Shown here one piece after another: positions 21,257-32,252 of a stretch of DNA of 64,000 bases; the first letter of the stretch is position 1; each line of letters begins with the position of its first letter. A program made the position numbers and the translations under genes. The stretch comes from a bacterium (GTDB taxonomy: Bacteria > Margulisbacteria > WOR-1 > O2-12-FULL-45-9 > XYB2-FULL-48-7): positions 1 through 64,000 of the forward strand of contig JBDRLW010000003.1 of NCBI GenBank assembly GCA_043812655.1, read 5' to 3'. The notes beneath the pieces were generated by a model. It searched no databases. It was not told the origin of the DNA and saw only the letters and a program-made list of their open reading frames with translations.

Positions 21257-22348
21257 TTATAGATTCATATCGCCGTCGATTCCAGAGACCCATACACTTT
21301 TATTGGGCAATATATTATTAGGTGATTTTGACCAATAAGTCATGTGGTCAAAGCTTCTAATTATCGGTTTATAATCAAGCAATTCGTTCATTAATTCTGC
21401 TCGATAGCCGAACACCTCAAGGATCGCCATCGATTTTTCCTTGGCAATTTGATAGGCAGACCTGACCAGAAACTGGTAAACATCTATCCTCCCTGAAATA
21501 AATAAAAGGTCAGTTATTATCATCCGTTTCTCCCCACCCTCTCCCCTTCCACAGGTTTTTAACATCAGATAACCAAGGATTTCACCGTTCTTATCTTTAC
21601 AGACAAAGGAGCAGGCTTTTCCTTTCAGCTTCGGCAGGTTAAAATGACGCCAATTCATAAATTCTTTAGTTCTTTCGTGGGTAATCCCCATATCTTTCTT
21701 TATCTGATCCCAAAACCGATCATATTCTTCCCCGAACTTTTCTACAGAATGTAAACTGAAATCTTTAGCTGGAGCTGTGATCATATGTCCCTTTAGCCTT
21801 AGAATAATGCTAAGTAGAAAAGCGACGATTCTCCCCACGGGGGTTGCAAACAGCTTGGCCGATCTGCTTTTGAGAAAAGCATATGTATCGACTATCCAGA
21901 TGAATTTACGTTGGTATCCTACTATCGCCACTGGCGCCATTTTTAGTCTTTTACACATTAAGCTGGCGATTTTATTAGCTGTTGTATCCAATAACCAAAC
22001 ATCAGCATCTCGCTTACCAAACGCACGAAAAAGATCTAAACTATTTGACGATGCGGATGGATCTACCACCCAGGTAGAAACAGAATTTGCAGGATATAAA
22101 TCTTCACCAGCTCTAAGCATTAGAGGGATATAGCTGATAAAGCCCTTAACTTCTTGCTGCTCATTCTCTAACACCCAACCAAGCAAGTCTTTTTCCGATC
22201 TAAACGGTGATTCCCAACGGTAACGCCAGAGATCGGCAAACTCTTCGAATGAAGAACCTTTGACTTCAGGAAAAACTATTAAAGAAAGAGCCCACAAATC
22301 ACTTAGATCTTCTTTCTTCGCTGCACGTAATTTTATATTTTTATCCAT
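21257..22348 (-). CDS. Putative GNAT-fold acyltransferase
   Basis: WVVDP and C-terminal GDxD; resembles polysaccharide-locus double GNATs. Confidence 0.55.
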   Translation of the reverse strand: MDKNIKLRAAKKEDLSDLWALSLIVFPEVKGSSFEEFADLWRYRWESPFRSEKDLLGWVLENEQQEVKGFISYIPLMLRAGEDLYPANSVSTWVVDPSASSNSLDLFRAFGKRDADVWLLDTTANKIASLMCKRLKMAPVAIVGYQRKFIWIVDTYAFLKSRSAKLFATPVGRIVAFLLSIILRLKGHMITAPAKDFSLHSVEKFGEEYDRFWDQIKKDMGITHERTKEFMNWRHFNLPKLKGKACSFVCKDKNGEILGYLMLKTCGRGEGGEKRMIITDLLFISGRIDVYQFLVRSAYQIAKEKSMAILEVFGYRAELMNELLDYKPIIRSFDHMTYWSKSPNNILPNKSVWVSGIDGDMNL

Positions 22349-22353
22349 TTCAA

Positions 22354-23214
22354 TTATCCTATATACGCATATTTCAGGCGGGTTAAATGGTTTTTCTTAT
22401 TCTTAAGCGCTCGAATAAAACTTGGACTAGTACTGCGATCAACTTGGTCTATCAGGCTTACTCCTGTTATTTTTGGAGAGACCAATGATATCCGATCAAT
22501 AACCCTCTTCCCCTGATTAAAGGTCCCTCCATTGATCGTATAAATCCGATTAACTCTTTTTTTTACCCAATTCAAAGCACCAAAAGTATAAAGTCCGCAC
22601 GGAAGGCTAAGATCATTGACATATTCTAAATTATTATCGATAAAGAACTGCTTGTTGTTAGATAGTTCGCTTTCCCACTCAATCTTAGATTGCATAGTCA
22701 TCGGCTGATGATGATGGCTATGCAAGCCTAAATGGACATTGTGATTATTTCCAAAGTCGCGCAGCTCTTTTAAATTAAAAGGCCGATAGAAGTCATTTTC
22801 CAGTTTGCTATAGAATTTTTTATGGTCATACCTAGAATACAACTCTCTTGAACTAGCTTCACCAAAGGGATATGCCGCTTCACAGTTTTCTTCCCATATA
22901 TCCCAGATAAATGGCTTTCCGGTAATAATATTGTATGAGTTAACAAACAAAATTAATGGGACCGCATATTCCTTGCAGATTGAAAGCACATTAATATTGT
23001 TATAATAACCATCGTCAAACGTAATTACACAGTTATTATTATCATGTTTTAATTCCCAAGGTAGGCTAAAGCAATATTCACGCGCCAATAACTTTTCAAA
23101 CAATTCCCTTAATTCGCTTTTTGACACAAAAAGTTCTTGATGTGGACCATCGATTAATGCCCCATCTTCGTATATACAATGAAATAATATACAGATATTC
23201 TTCGCTAATTGCAT
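22354..23214 (-). CDS. Polysaccharide deacetylase family protein
   Basis: ITFDDGY and GLHSHHH (NodB motifs). Confidence 0.8.
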   Translation of the reverse strand: MQLAKNICILFHCIYEDGALIDGPHQELFVSKSELRELFEKLLAREYCFSLPWELKHDNNNCVITFDDGYYNNINVLSICKEYAVPLILFVNSYNIITGKPFIWDIWEENCEAAYPFGEASSRELYSRYDHKKFYSKLENDFYRPFNLKELRDFGNNHNVHLGLHSHHHQPMTMQSKIEWESELSNNKQFFIDNNLEYVNDLSLPCGLYTFGALNWVKKRVNRIYTINGGTFNQGKRVIDRISLVSPKITGVSLIDQVDRSTSPSFIRALKNKKNHLTRLKYAYIG

Positions 23215-25115
23215 ATTAATAGTTCCCGGACCCGCTTAATGGCCTTCCCATCACAGAACGGATCGATTAATGGCGAACCTTTCGGAATGGGATTTTGGTA
23301 TCCCCCCGATTTTACATTCATGATTTCAATAATTTTCCGTTTTAGCTCTTCATAACTATGAGTTGTCACGCTGCCCATTTTGCCGTAAGGAGTATTACGG
23401 TATTTCCCTAACGGATCGTGCCATATAGCCGGCTTATTCGCACTCAGCGCCTCAAAGGTCGTGGATGTATAAGGAAAAGAAACAATCAAATCTGCCATGT
23501 TCATTAACTTGGCAGCGTCAGTTTGATTGGTGTATTGCTTGATCCGTTCATGGGTATACATTTTTTCATAAAGGGAAAGCAAGACCGGACTAAGGATCGG
23601 GTCAAGCTTGGCATGATAGTTTGGGTCACAAGCCTTTTTCTCCTTCAATAATATGGTTACGGCAGGAAAATCTTTTGCCAGCTTATAAAAATGCTCCGCA
23701 AAAGCGATCCCTTCACTATAGGAGGTAAAACTATTTCTGGTATATGTTGTATCAAATACCGATATAATAAACCGTTCATCACAGCTTCTGTGTTTATTAC
23801 TTATCTGGCCAGCCCACAAACATCCCACTTCATGGGTCTGGTCAAATGAACCGTGATGTTGGCTATAAAAACGGCTGATACTTTTGTTCCAGGAAAGAAG
23901 ATGATTATAATTAAGGTAAACCCAAAAAGGATGAAGAACCCCTAGATCCTTATTTTCATCCCCAAAATTACCAGAATTCATCGAATCAATAAAATACCAG
24001 GTTTCTATCCCTAATTCGTTTAACGCAATGTTACGAGCGATGTGTTTAATTCCAAAATCACAATTAGTAATAAAATGTTTAAGTGAGATCGACCGCAGTA
24101 CCTTTCCCCAGCGCAGATACTCTGCCAACGCAATTGATGCGCATTTTATTTCGCGACCATTCCTTATTGGTCTCTCAAGTATTGAAAGCCATAACAACTT
24201 TACCCATAATGAAACGTGAGAAAAACCTCTTTTTATGCTTGGCAAAAAAAAGACATCCCCCTTCAGCTTATTAATTTGGCTCAGCTGCCCTGCATTAAGC
24301 GAAATGAGAGGCAAATACACGACCTCTTCTGCCTTGATATTGATGCCATCAACTAAAAAATCAGCCCTGCGATTGTTATTTCTCAATTGGCGATCCCCAA
24401 GAACCGCAAATCCAAACTTATATGAAGCCTTATGTTTTATTGCTTTTTGTCTTTGTATAGATAATAATCCGCTGACAATAGTTTGCAATGTTAATCTTGA
24501 CATCGAAATAAAGCTCTGCTTGATACTGCTAAATACCCCAAGCAGATAACTGATGAATGGAAAAACAACTCTTCTATGCTCGTATATTTGTTGGCTACTC
24601 AGGCAAGTTAACTTGTGTAAATATAAATATTCTGGGACATTTGATTCACAATAAAACACAATCGATTCGCAGGGAAACAGATGTTCGAGCTTATTGACCA
24701 TCATATTAATCGAATAAGTCTTACCAAGCTGATCACACAATTCCTTACGAAATATCTCTTCGGCTTTCTTTGAATTTAAGAAACTGCAGGTTGATTCAAA
24801 TAGTTTCGTATGCGCTTCGCGATACTTAGGAAAAATGCTCTCCACGGTTTTTACCGCCTTATCAGCAGCGCGAGGATACAGCTCTTGAGGATTGAAGCCT
24901 TTTGCGCCTATCAGCTGGATTCTCCCTTTTTCTATAAGCTTCAAAATATAATCCGGGAGTTCACGTGGATAAAAACGGGCTTTCCTTTTTTCTTCATGGT
25001 GATAGGCATGAAAGGGCTCAATTACCAAGATCTTCCGGCCAAGAAACAAATACAAATGGATTATCCACTTGTGCCATTCTGTTGGAGACTCAAAAATGAT
25101 CAATTTATTTTTCAT
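23205..25115 (-). CDS. Polysaccharide biosynthesis PFTS-motif protein
   Basis: ISVFD, IVSFPYTST and C-terminal DPFCDGKA. Confidence 0.65.
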   Translation of the reverse strand: MKNKLIIFESPTEWHKWIIHLYLFLGRKILVIEPFHAYHHEEKRKARFYPRELPDYILKLIEKGRIQLIGAKGFNPQELYPRAADKAVKTVESIFPKYREAHTKLFESTCSFLNSKKAEEIFRKELCDQLGKTYSINMMVNKLEHLFPCESIVFYCESNVPEYLYLHKLTCLSSQQIYEHRRVVFPFISYLLGVFSSIKQSFISMSRLTLQTIVSGLLSIQRQKAIKHKASYKFGFAVLGDRQLRNNNRRADFLVDGINIKAEEVVYLPLISLNAGQLSQINKLKGDVFFLPSIKRGFSHVSLWVKLLWLSILERPIRNGREIKCASIALAEYLRWGKVLRSISLKHFITNCDFGIKHIARNIALNELGIETWYFIDSMNSGNFGDENKDLGVLHPFWVYLNYNHLLSWNKSISRFYSQHHGSFDQTHEVGCLWAGQISNKHRSCDERFIISVFDTTYTRNSFTSYSEGIAFAEHFYKLAKDFPAVTILLKEKKACDPNYHAKLDPILSPVLLSLYEKMYTHERIKQYTNQTDAAKLMNMADLIVSFPYTSTTFEALSANKPAIWHDPLGKYRNTPYGKMGSVTTHSYEELKRKIIEIMNVKSGGYQNPIPKGSPLIDPFCDGKAIKRVRELLICN

Positions 25116-26011
25116 TATTTGTCATAAGCTTTTGTCCTTGTATTTTTAAATCTTAGCAGACCATCTTTTATTCCTGGCAATCTACACGCAAAGAGTTCAT
25201 TAAACTTTTTTAATGATAAGGAAAGATCTGGTTGCCGTTTCACCTTAAACGATCCGGGCAACATCTTCTCGGTAGTTATCTTGCTCGAATCTAGCCCAAA
25301 TATTTCTGCCAAGGCTATCCCAAATTCATATTTTGAACACCTCTCCGATCCGGCAATATTGATCTTTCCCTTGAAATCAGATTTGATAACCAGATCAATC
25401 GCCTCAATTAAAGCTGTAACCTCTATTGGGGTAAAATAATAATCGGTAAATAGTCTAATATTTCCTTTCCTTTTAATCTCGCCATGCAACCATTCCGCAA
25501 AAGTTGGTTTATGGCTAGCATGGCTCCACCCATAGAAGTTCGTGCGTACCATAACGACGTCATCATGGACTTCCAAACAAATATTTTCTGCCTGGACTTT
25601 AGTCGCGCCGTAGTTGTTTATCGGAGCCGGAGTAGCGTCTTCGCTATAATAAGATTCTTTACCATCAAACAGATGGTCCGTTGAAATATGGATCATTCTC
25701 GTCCCATACCTGGCTGCCGCCCTTACAATATTTTCAGCCGTCTGGACATTAATCTTGTAAGCAAGCTCTCTATTTACCTCGCATAGATCCAAATCAACCA
25801 ATGCAACGGTATTAATAACAATCTGTGGTCTGGTTTTAGCAAAAAGCCCTTCAACTGTTTCCTTATCTGTTAAATCTGCCTGCCAATATGGCAATTCAGG
25901 AATAACAGGAGTTTCAGATAAGTCCGTTCCAATCATTTTGATCCCCTTGGCATTATAATATTGCGCTATATTGTTGCCTAAAAAACCATTTACTCCAGTC
26001 ACCAGTATCAA
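25115..26011 (-). CDS. RmlD-like NDP-4-keto sugar reductase
   Basis: GVNGFLG, ISTDHLFDG and YGATK. Confidence 0.85.
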   Translation of the reverse strand: MILVTGVNGFLGNNIAQYYNAKGIKMIGTDLSETPVIPELPYWQADLTDKETVEGLFAKTRPQIVINTVALVDLDLCEVNRELAYKINVQTAENIVRAAARYGTRMIHISTDHLFDGKESYYSEDATPAPINNYGATKVQAENICLEVHDDVVMVRTNFYGWSHASHKPTFAEWLHGEIKRKGNIRLFTDYYFTPIEVTALIEAIDLVIKSDFKGKINIAGSERCSKYEFGIALAEIFGLDSSKITTEKMLPGSFKVKRQPDLSLSLKKFNELFACRLPGIKDGLLRFKNTRTKAYDK

Positions 26012-26027
26012 TTTAGTCCGCCTCCTC

Positions 26028-26927
26028 TCAATCGTTTCGTCTTGCTACAACAAAAATGTTTCCTGCCGCGATCGGGAATGATATTGAACCAATCCCAATT
26101 TTCTTACAAAAACTTCTAATGATTGAACCTATTTTATTTTTTAAAAGCATTCTCATCCAATAATCAAGCGGGTAACTATTTTTAATATTCCCAACCTGAA
26201 GCACTTTAAGCCCCGCATTTTCACATAAGCGCTTTAAAGTATCCTTATTGAACAGGTATGTATGTTCGACATCAATTATGGGGGATTTCTCCCCCAAAAC
26301 CATAGCTTGAAGGCCTTTTACATTATGGGTAATAAAATAGACAATTCCTCCAGGCTTCAAAAGATCGCGGCAAATCTTAACTGTCTCAACAGGATCACTT
26401 AAATGATCCAGGGTCTGAAAAGAACAAATTAAATCAAAATATTTGTTTTGATATATTCCTCGGTCAAAGAATCCTGAGTAAATATTCCCCTTGATATCTG
26501 AATTGGCCTTAGCCTTAGCGGCCAGACTGGGTTCGCATCCAAAGACCTCCTTAAATCCAGCCCCCAATAATTTCTCAAGAAAAAACCCACTGCTGCACCC
26601 AATTTCCAGCGCAACCCCATTATTTATCTTGCTTATGAATGGTTTTAAGTGCCGCAGATAATCTTTAGCAATTACCCCAACATACTCATCAAAGGTTACT
26701 CCGCTTTGAGAATACAATTTAGATAAGCTATCATCACCAAGAATATTTCTTGAAAAAACAAGCCCGCACCTCTGACAACGAACGATCTTGTAGTGAAAAT
26801 GCTCAGTAATTCTCCTCGCTGAAAACACTTCAGGAGTCAGATTCTTCAGCTTAAAGGTTTGTGGATATAATTCAACAATCTCCTCATTATCCTTGCAAAA
26901 CAAACAATGCTTTTTGACATAATTCAT
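26028..26927 (-). CDS. Class I SAM-dependent methyltransferase with N-terminal zinc ribbon
   Basis: CLFC...CQRCG, LEIGCSSG and LKPGG. Confidence 0.85.
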   Translation of the reverse strand: MNYVKKHCLFCKDNEEIVELYPQTFKLKNLTPEVFSARRITEHFHYKIVRCQRCGLVFSRNILGDDSLSKLYSQSGVTFDEYVGVIAKDYLRHLKPFISKINNGVALEIGCSSGFFLEKLLGAGFKEVFGCEPSLAAKAKANSDIKGNIYSGFFDRGIYQNKYFDLICSFQTLDHLSDPVETVKICRDLLKPGGIVYFITHNVKGLQAMVLGEKSPIIDVEHTYLFNKDTLKRLCENAGLKVLQVGNIKNSYPLDYWMRMLLKNKIGSIIRSFCKKIGIGSISFPIAAGNIFVVARRND

Positions 26928-26947
26928 ATTTATTAGCCTCCTTATGA

Positions 26948-28933
26948 CTAACGCTGGTTCTTAATAAAAGCATCAATCTCCTCGGGAGTATTAAAACACT
27001 TTCCTCCGTAACGGATTGATCTGCGAATATATTTTGGTCTTTTTTTCGTTTCTTCAAATATTTTTGAAAGATACTCCCCAATAATTGCGATCGCTAACAT
27101 TTGTATTGAACCGAAAAATAAAATGGCAATAATTATTGTCGAGAGTCCTTGTGAGACCGAATTAAAGAATATCTTTGATAGTATTTGCCATATTATTGCC
27201 ATAAATGAAACCACGGCCAGGCTACTACCAAGGTAACCCAAAAACTCTAACGGGACAAAACTAAATGAAAATATCGCTTTTTTTGCCCACCAAATATTTT
27301 TCCGCCAATTGTTTGTTGTTGTGCCAAACAACCTTTCCGGCCTTACATAATCAACCCCGATTTGCTTAAATCCAACCCAAGCCCTTAACCCTCTCAAATA
27401 CTGGTCGGTTTCTGGAAGATTTAGCAGTTCATTAACAACTTTGCGATCAATTAGAGAAAAGTCTCCCGCATCTAAAGGGATAGGAATATATGAAACCCCT
27501 CGAAATATTTTATAAAACAACTTATAAAACATGTTTAAGATTCTCGCAGATTCTCTTTTAACCCTCCGCCCATATACAACCTCAAATCCCTCTTGCCATT
27601 TATTAAATAATTCTGGGATAACTTCGGGAGGGTCCTGAAGATCTCCATCAAGTAAAATAACGGCATCACCGGAGGATATCTCCATCCCAGAAAGAAATGC
27701 GCTTTGAGAGCCAAAATTCCTAGAATGCTCAATTGCAATCACATGATTGTCTTCATCCACAATTTTCAATAGCACTTCATTTGTATTATCTGGACTTGAA
27801 TCATTAACAAATATAATTTCGTAATCAACTTTAATTCCAGAAAATGACTTTGTTAGGCGCTCCCACATTACAGGGATAGCCTGAGCATCATTGTAACAAG
27901 CAACAATCGCAGATATTTTCTTAGGAATTGTTGCCGCCTTTTTAGCTTTCGGAATAAAAACAGATCGCTGATCCTTTGTCCAAGCAATTGTTTTCGAAAG
28001 CCCCTCTTTTAACGAAGCCTTTGCTTCCCAACCTAAGATCTCTTTTGCATAGGAAGGATCGCCATACCAATCTTTAACATCCCATCTTCTATTTTGCATC
28101 GTATTCCATTGGGGTTCTTCCTTCAGATCAAACAACTCTTTAATCTGTTGAACAATATCTCTCATTGTTGTTTTCTTCCCGGTGGCAATATTTAAGACAC
28201 CACCAGGCAGTTTTTTTACCCCAACACTAGCAGACAATATTATTGCTTCAATAACGTCATCTATGTATAAAAAATCGCGTGATATGTCAGGATTAACTAA
28301 AACAGGATATTTACCTTCCATGCCGTTTTCAATAAGTTTTGGAATTAATCGATCCGGTTCCTCCAGCGGGCCATAGACAGAATATAATCGCAGGCTTAAC
28401 GTAGGGAGTTTTTTTACTCGACCAAAATACTTTACCATCAATGAAGAAGCAATCTTGGAAACAGCATAATGACTATTTGGGATTAAATCACCATCTTCTT
28501 TGGGCGCAGAAGCATTTAATCCATATTCAGAAGAGGAACCAGCCTGGATATAGGCAGAAAAGCCTTCACGAGCTGCCGCCTCAAGAATACAAGCAGTCGC
28601 GACAACGTTTGTGTTATAAATCAGATTAAAACCACTTTCCTTGGAATAAGCTCCATATGCAGCCAAATTAATGATAGTTTTAAAGGAATACTTTTTTAAA
28701 ACACTTGATGTTGATGAATGATTATTGATATCTGTCCAAATGATATTGTCCGGTTTTATATCGACAAGCCGCCAAGGATGTCCTTTATCATGAGTTATGC
28801 CAAAACAATCATTCCGTACACTTAAGATTGCCTTAAACAGATTGGCCCCAATAAAGCCCCCAACTCCAAAAATAACAATCGGCCCATCTAAAGCCTTAAT
28901 TTCACCTATCAATTGATCGCTAAATATTTTCAT
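26948..28933 (-). CDS. Fusion of NAD-dependent epimerase/dehydratase and polyprenol-phosphate GT2 (GtrB/ArnC-like)
   Basis: GVGGFIG/YAVSK domain followed by VNDSSPD, SRNFG, DGDLQDPPE, GDFSL and two C-terminal TMs. Confidence 0.88.
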   Translation of the reverse strand: MKIFSDQLIGEIKALDGPIVIFGVGGFIGANLFKAILSVRNDCFGITHDKGHPWRLVDIKPDNIIWTDINNHSSTSSVLKKYSFKTIINLAAYGAYSKESGFNLIYNTNVVATACILEAAAREGFSAYIQAGSSSEYGLNASAPKEDGDLIPNSHYAVSKIASSLMVKYFGRVKKLPTLSLRLYSVYGPLEEPDRLIPKLIENGMEGKYPVLVNPDISRDFLYIDDVIEAIILSASVGVKKLPGGVLNIATGKKTTMRDIVQQIKELFDLKEEPQWNTMQNRRWDVKDWYGDPSYAKEILGWEAKASLKEGLSKTIAWTKDQRSVFIPKAKKAATIPKKISAIVACYNDAQAIPVMWERLTKSFSGIKVDYEIIFVNDSSPDNTNEVLLKIVDEDNHVIAIEHSRNFGSQSAFLSGMEISSGDAVILLDGDLQDPPEVIPELFNKWQEGFEVVYGRRVKRESARILNMFYKLFYKIFRGVSYIPIPLDAGDFSLIDRKVVNELLNLPETDQYLRGLRAWVGFKQIGVDYVRPERLFGTTTNNWRKNIWWAKKAIFSFSFVPLEFLGYLGSSLAVVSFMAIIWQILSKIFFNSVSQGLSTIIIAILFFGSIQMLAIAIIGEYLSKIFEETKKRPKYIRRSIRYGGKCFNTPEEIDAFIKNQR

Positions 28934-29834
28934 TAATCATTCCCTTTATTGCTTTAATTAGACCATTTCCAGCAAGGTTGTTTTCTTCCTGATGCCATTT
29001 TTGACTTCCTACCCTTCCAGAAGGGTATCCATTTGCATGAAGATTATGATACTTAATCGGATAACTTATTTTACCCAAAAGAAGCTGAGCAATTGTTTCA
29101 TTCAATCCGCATTGGCCCTCATGTTCTTCAATCGTAATTAGCTTCTTCTTGTTTTCTAGACTTGATAAAAGAGCCTCAGGTATCTCATGAATGGGAAATA
29201 ATCCCACGGACCAAAGCTCAATCTCGTCTAATAAGTTTTTTTCTTGTAAATCGAATAGATTTAATAATGTTGGCCCTGTTCCAATAATTACAATGCTTTT
29301 CCCTTCCTTGATTTTCCTCCATTGTTTAAATCGATCGATCGGAAAACTTAATTTTCTGGAATTATTTAGTCGCAGATAATTTGGGGCAGGATCGTTCATC
29401 ATCATGCGCACAACGTCTTCAACATCAGAAGCAATAAGGGGAACATAAACCCTCATATTCGGCAACACACGCATGACTGCAATATCTTCCAAAACATGAT
29501 GTGTACATCCCATAATCCCGTACCCATAACCTCCGCCATTACCAACAATTTTAACCGGCAGGTTATGCAGGCAAACATCGTTCCTGATCTGTTCATATGG
29601 CCGCAAGACCGTAAAAGGCGCAATAGAATAAACCCATGGAATAAATCCTTCATATGCCATCCCAGCGGCAACCGTAATCATATTTTGTTCCGCAATTCCT
29701 GCATTAATAAATTGACTCCCAAAAGCAACCCTAACTTCCTCTAAAGCCATATACCCCAGGTCTCCGGTTAAAAATATCATATTTAAATAATCTTCTTTTA
29801 AATTAATAATGCTGTTGGCAAGATCAGTTCTCAT
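28920..29834 (-). CDS. Transketolase-like C-terminal subunit
   Basis: TGDLG, GIAEQNM, EQIRND, THH and IEEH. Confidence 0.9.
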   Translation of the reverse strand: MRTDLANSIINLKEDYLNMIFLTGDLGYMALEEVRVAFGSQFINAGIAEQNMITVAAGMAYEGFIPWVYSIAPFTVLRPYEQIRNDVCLHNLPVKIVGNGGGYGYGIMGCTHHVLEDIAVMRVLPNMRVYVPLIASDVEDVVRMMMNDPAPNYLRLNNSRKLSFPIDRFKQWRKIKEGKSIVIIGTGPTLLNLFDLQEKNLLDEIELWSVGLFPIHEIPEALLSSLENKKKLITIEEHEGQCGLNETIAQLLLGKISYPIKYHNLHANGYPSGRVGSQKWHQEENNLAGNGLIKAIKGMINENI

Positions 29835-30657
29835 TTTTCGCTCCTAATCGTTCATATTCGGCGTCAAGATCGCTGCACGCTCGAGCATAGTTTTCTTCAT
29901 TCATCGGCAAATAGTGCCAATCAATGGTATTTTCCATATAACTTATACAATGGCCTTTAATTGTATTACAGATTATAACTTTGGGTAAACTTTTAGCCTT
30001 CCCATCACTTAAACACTGATCCTTCGCCGCTGACAAAGCATCAAAAGAATGGCCATTTGCTGATGCTACATAAAAACCAAATGATTCTAGTTTCATTTGT
30101 AATGGCTCCAAAGCCATGACCTCCTCAGTTCGTCCAAAACCTTGGATATTATTCCTATCTATCAACCAAATGATATTGTTCAATTTATGATGAGAAATAA
30201 ACAGGGCAGCCTCCCAAATACTTCCTTCATCCAGCTCTCCATCCGAAGTAACACAAAAGAACATTCTATTTTCCCGCTTAATTTTTGACGCCAGAGCCCT
30301 CCCTGCCGAAAGTGACAAACCATGCCCTAAGCTGCCGGTCGCAAAAGGGATTCCCTTGATTTTATTAGCTGGTGGATGCGCTCCTAAGTAGGTCCCATTC
30401 TTATAAAATGAATTAATTTCTTCATCCGATATTGTCCCACACTCCGCTAAAACAGAATAGAGCACCGCCGCCGCATGTCCCTTGGAAAGAATAAGACTAT
30501 CACTTTCTTCCATCCATGCTAGCTTTAAGAATACTAATATCTCTGTGCATGAAAGCGAGCATCCAATGTGGCCAGCATTATTGTCACGATACATTTTAAG
30601 GAATCGCTTTTTAACAGAATGCACCTTGTCAATATATTTACTTTTCCCTAAGCTCAT
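29824..30657 (-). CDS. Transketolase-like N-terminal ThDP-binding subunit
   Basis: GHIG, SKGH, TGSLGHGL and SDGELDEGSIWEA. Confidence 0.9.
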   Translation of the reverse strand: MSLGKSKYIDKVHSVKKRFLKMYRDNNAGHIGCSLSCTEILVFLKLAWMEESDSLILSKGHAAAVLYSVLAECGTISDEEINSFYKNGTYLGAHPPANKIKGIPFATGSLGHGLSLSAGRALASKIKRENRMFFCVTSDGELDEGSIWEAALFISHHKLNNIIWLIDRNNIQGFGRTEEVMALEPLQMKLESFGFYVASANGHSFDALSAAKDQCLSDGKAKSLPKVIICNTIKGHCISYMENTIDWHYLPMNEENYARACSDLDAEYERLGAKNEN

Positions 30658-32210
30658 CTTTGCCCTACCTTATTATAGTCAAACGCCCACATCCCATTAC
30701 CGCGCGTAGTTAATATCCCTACCTTCTTTTTAGTATCAAGAACTATATATCTGCCGCCAATATCCGCTAAAATGTAATCTAGATGCTTGCCAGATGAATA
30801 GTCAATAACATCTAAATACCCTTGTAAAAAATTGTTTACAAACAGTAATTTTCGACTCTCATCAACCGCAAGCGACCTGACAAACATATGAGTATTTATT
30901 CTTTTTGTCCACCCTCCTAAATTTAAATCGTATATATAGACATTCCCCCACTGCGCTGCAACAAAAAGCAAATTACTATCTTTTGCATACTCCATCCATG
31001 AAATAATGTTTGGGCCTCTAATCTTGTCATCATACTTATATTTAATCGCTCCCTTATCAAGGGGCAAGGTGATTTCTTTTATCAATGCCAACGACTTTCC
31101 ATTTAAAATCATGACCAGCGGCTTATCCGGAACAAAGATCGCTATGTTATTGTTTTTCAATATCCGAGCCCCCCAAATTAAATATGGGGCTTCTTTTTCA
31201 GCGATTATTGTCCCATTGACATTTACGACTGAAATATATCCCGCTTCAGCCATGACAACAATTCTATTGTTTCGGTAGTCTAATAGGACTGAACCATAAC
31301 CAGAACTCTTCAAGAGCTTCCTGCTCCAAACAAGCCTTTTACTTTTCAGATTCACTTTATTCAAAGATAAATCATATCGATCGTAATAATAAATGTAACC
31401 GTCAATTATAATGAAGTTATGCAAGTCATAGATACGCATATATGGCTTTGACTCAAGAGATTTATTGTCAAAATAGAATAATCCGCACAAGCCATCAAGT
31501 GCATAGTTATTAGAATAGTAAATCCCTTCATCGTTCAAGGAAGAGGCGTAAAATATATAATCAGAATAAGCCGGCAATCTTTCGCTGCTAATTGCGTCAG
31601 ATACAATAAATAATTGGTAAAACAACAAACAAACCATAAGCCCCAAGTAGATTATTGACGGAACAATGCTTAATTTCTGTGAATATTTAGCTATGATCTC
31701 TCTTTGTGATCGGTAGAAGAACAAGTCGCTTACTGGAAAGGCATAACGCATAAAAAGCTTAAATAGCCTTGTTTTCTCGATCGTTTTGCTAAACATATTT
31801 AACTGTGCATTTGCTAAAAAGAAAAGAAATAATATCATTGCTGACAACTTATTTTCTGGCCTAAAAGTCACAAAGAATAACAGAACGCTAAATATAATAA
31901 ATGAGACGGAAACAACATCGTATAATTCTAAAGATGACATTTTACCCTTAACATATCCCAATCCTTCCAGGATACTAAGATTTAAAAATAAATATATAAT
32001 TACAAATATCGATGTTTTCACCTGAAAAAGATGCGTGCTCAATAAATGTCCTGTTAGCAGCGTTTTCATGACGGACCCATGGTAACCTTGCATCAAAATC
32101 ATATTAACCACAAAGAGCTTGCTCAACATGAATAATGCTAGAATTGCGGTAATCAATACAGGAGTACGATATACAAACAATAATAATTTAATTTTACTCG
32201 TTTTACCCAT
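30654..32210 (-). CDS. Membrane protein with probable C-terminal beta-propeller-like domain
   Basis: About 5 N-terminal hydrophobic segments followed by beta-rich repeats. Confidence 0.55.
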   Translation of the reverse strand: MGKTSKIKLLLFVYRTPVLITAILALFMLSKLFVVNMILMQGYHGSVMKTLLTGHLLSTHLFQVKTSIFVIIYLFLNLSILEGLGYVKGKMSSLELYDVVSVSFIIFSVLLFFVTFRPENKLSAMILFLFFLANAQLNMFSKTIEKTRLFKLFMRYAFPVSDLFFYRSQREIIAKYSQKLSIVPSIIYLGLMVCLLFYQLFIVSDAISSERLPAYSDYIFYASSLNDEGIYYSNNYALDGLCGLFYFDNKSLESKPYMRIYDLHNFIIIDGYIYYYDRYDLSLNKVNLKSKRLVWSRKLLKSSGYGSVLLDYRNNRIVVMAEAGYISVVNVNGTIIAEKEAPYLIWGARILKNNNIAIFVPDKPLVMILNGKSLALIKEITLPLDKGAIKYKYDDKIRGPNIISWMEYAKDSNLLFVAAQWGNVYIYDLNLGGWTKRINTHMFVRSLAVDESRKLLFVNNFLQGYLDVIDYSSGKHLDYILADIGGRYIVLDTKKKVGILTTRGNGMWAFDYNKVGQR

Positions 32211-32252
32211 TTTTAATCTCCTCTAATTCTAGCAAATTCAGATAATGATCAA

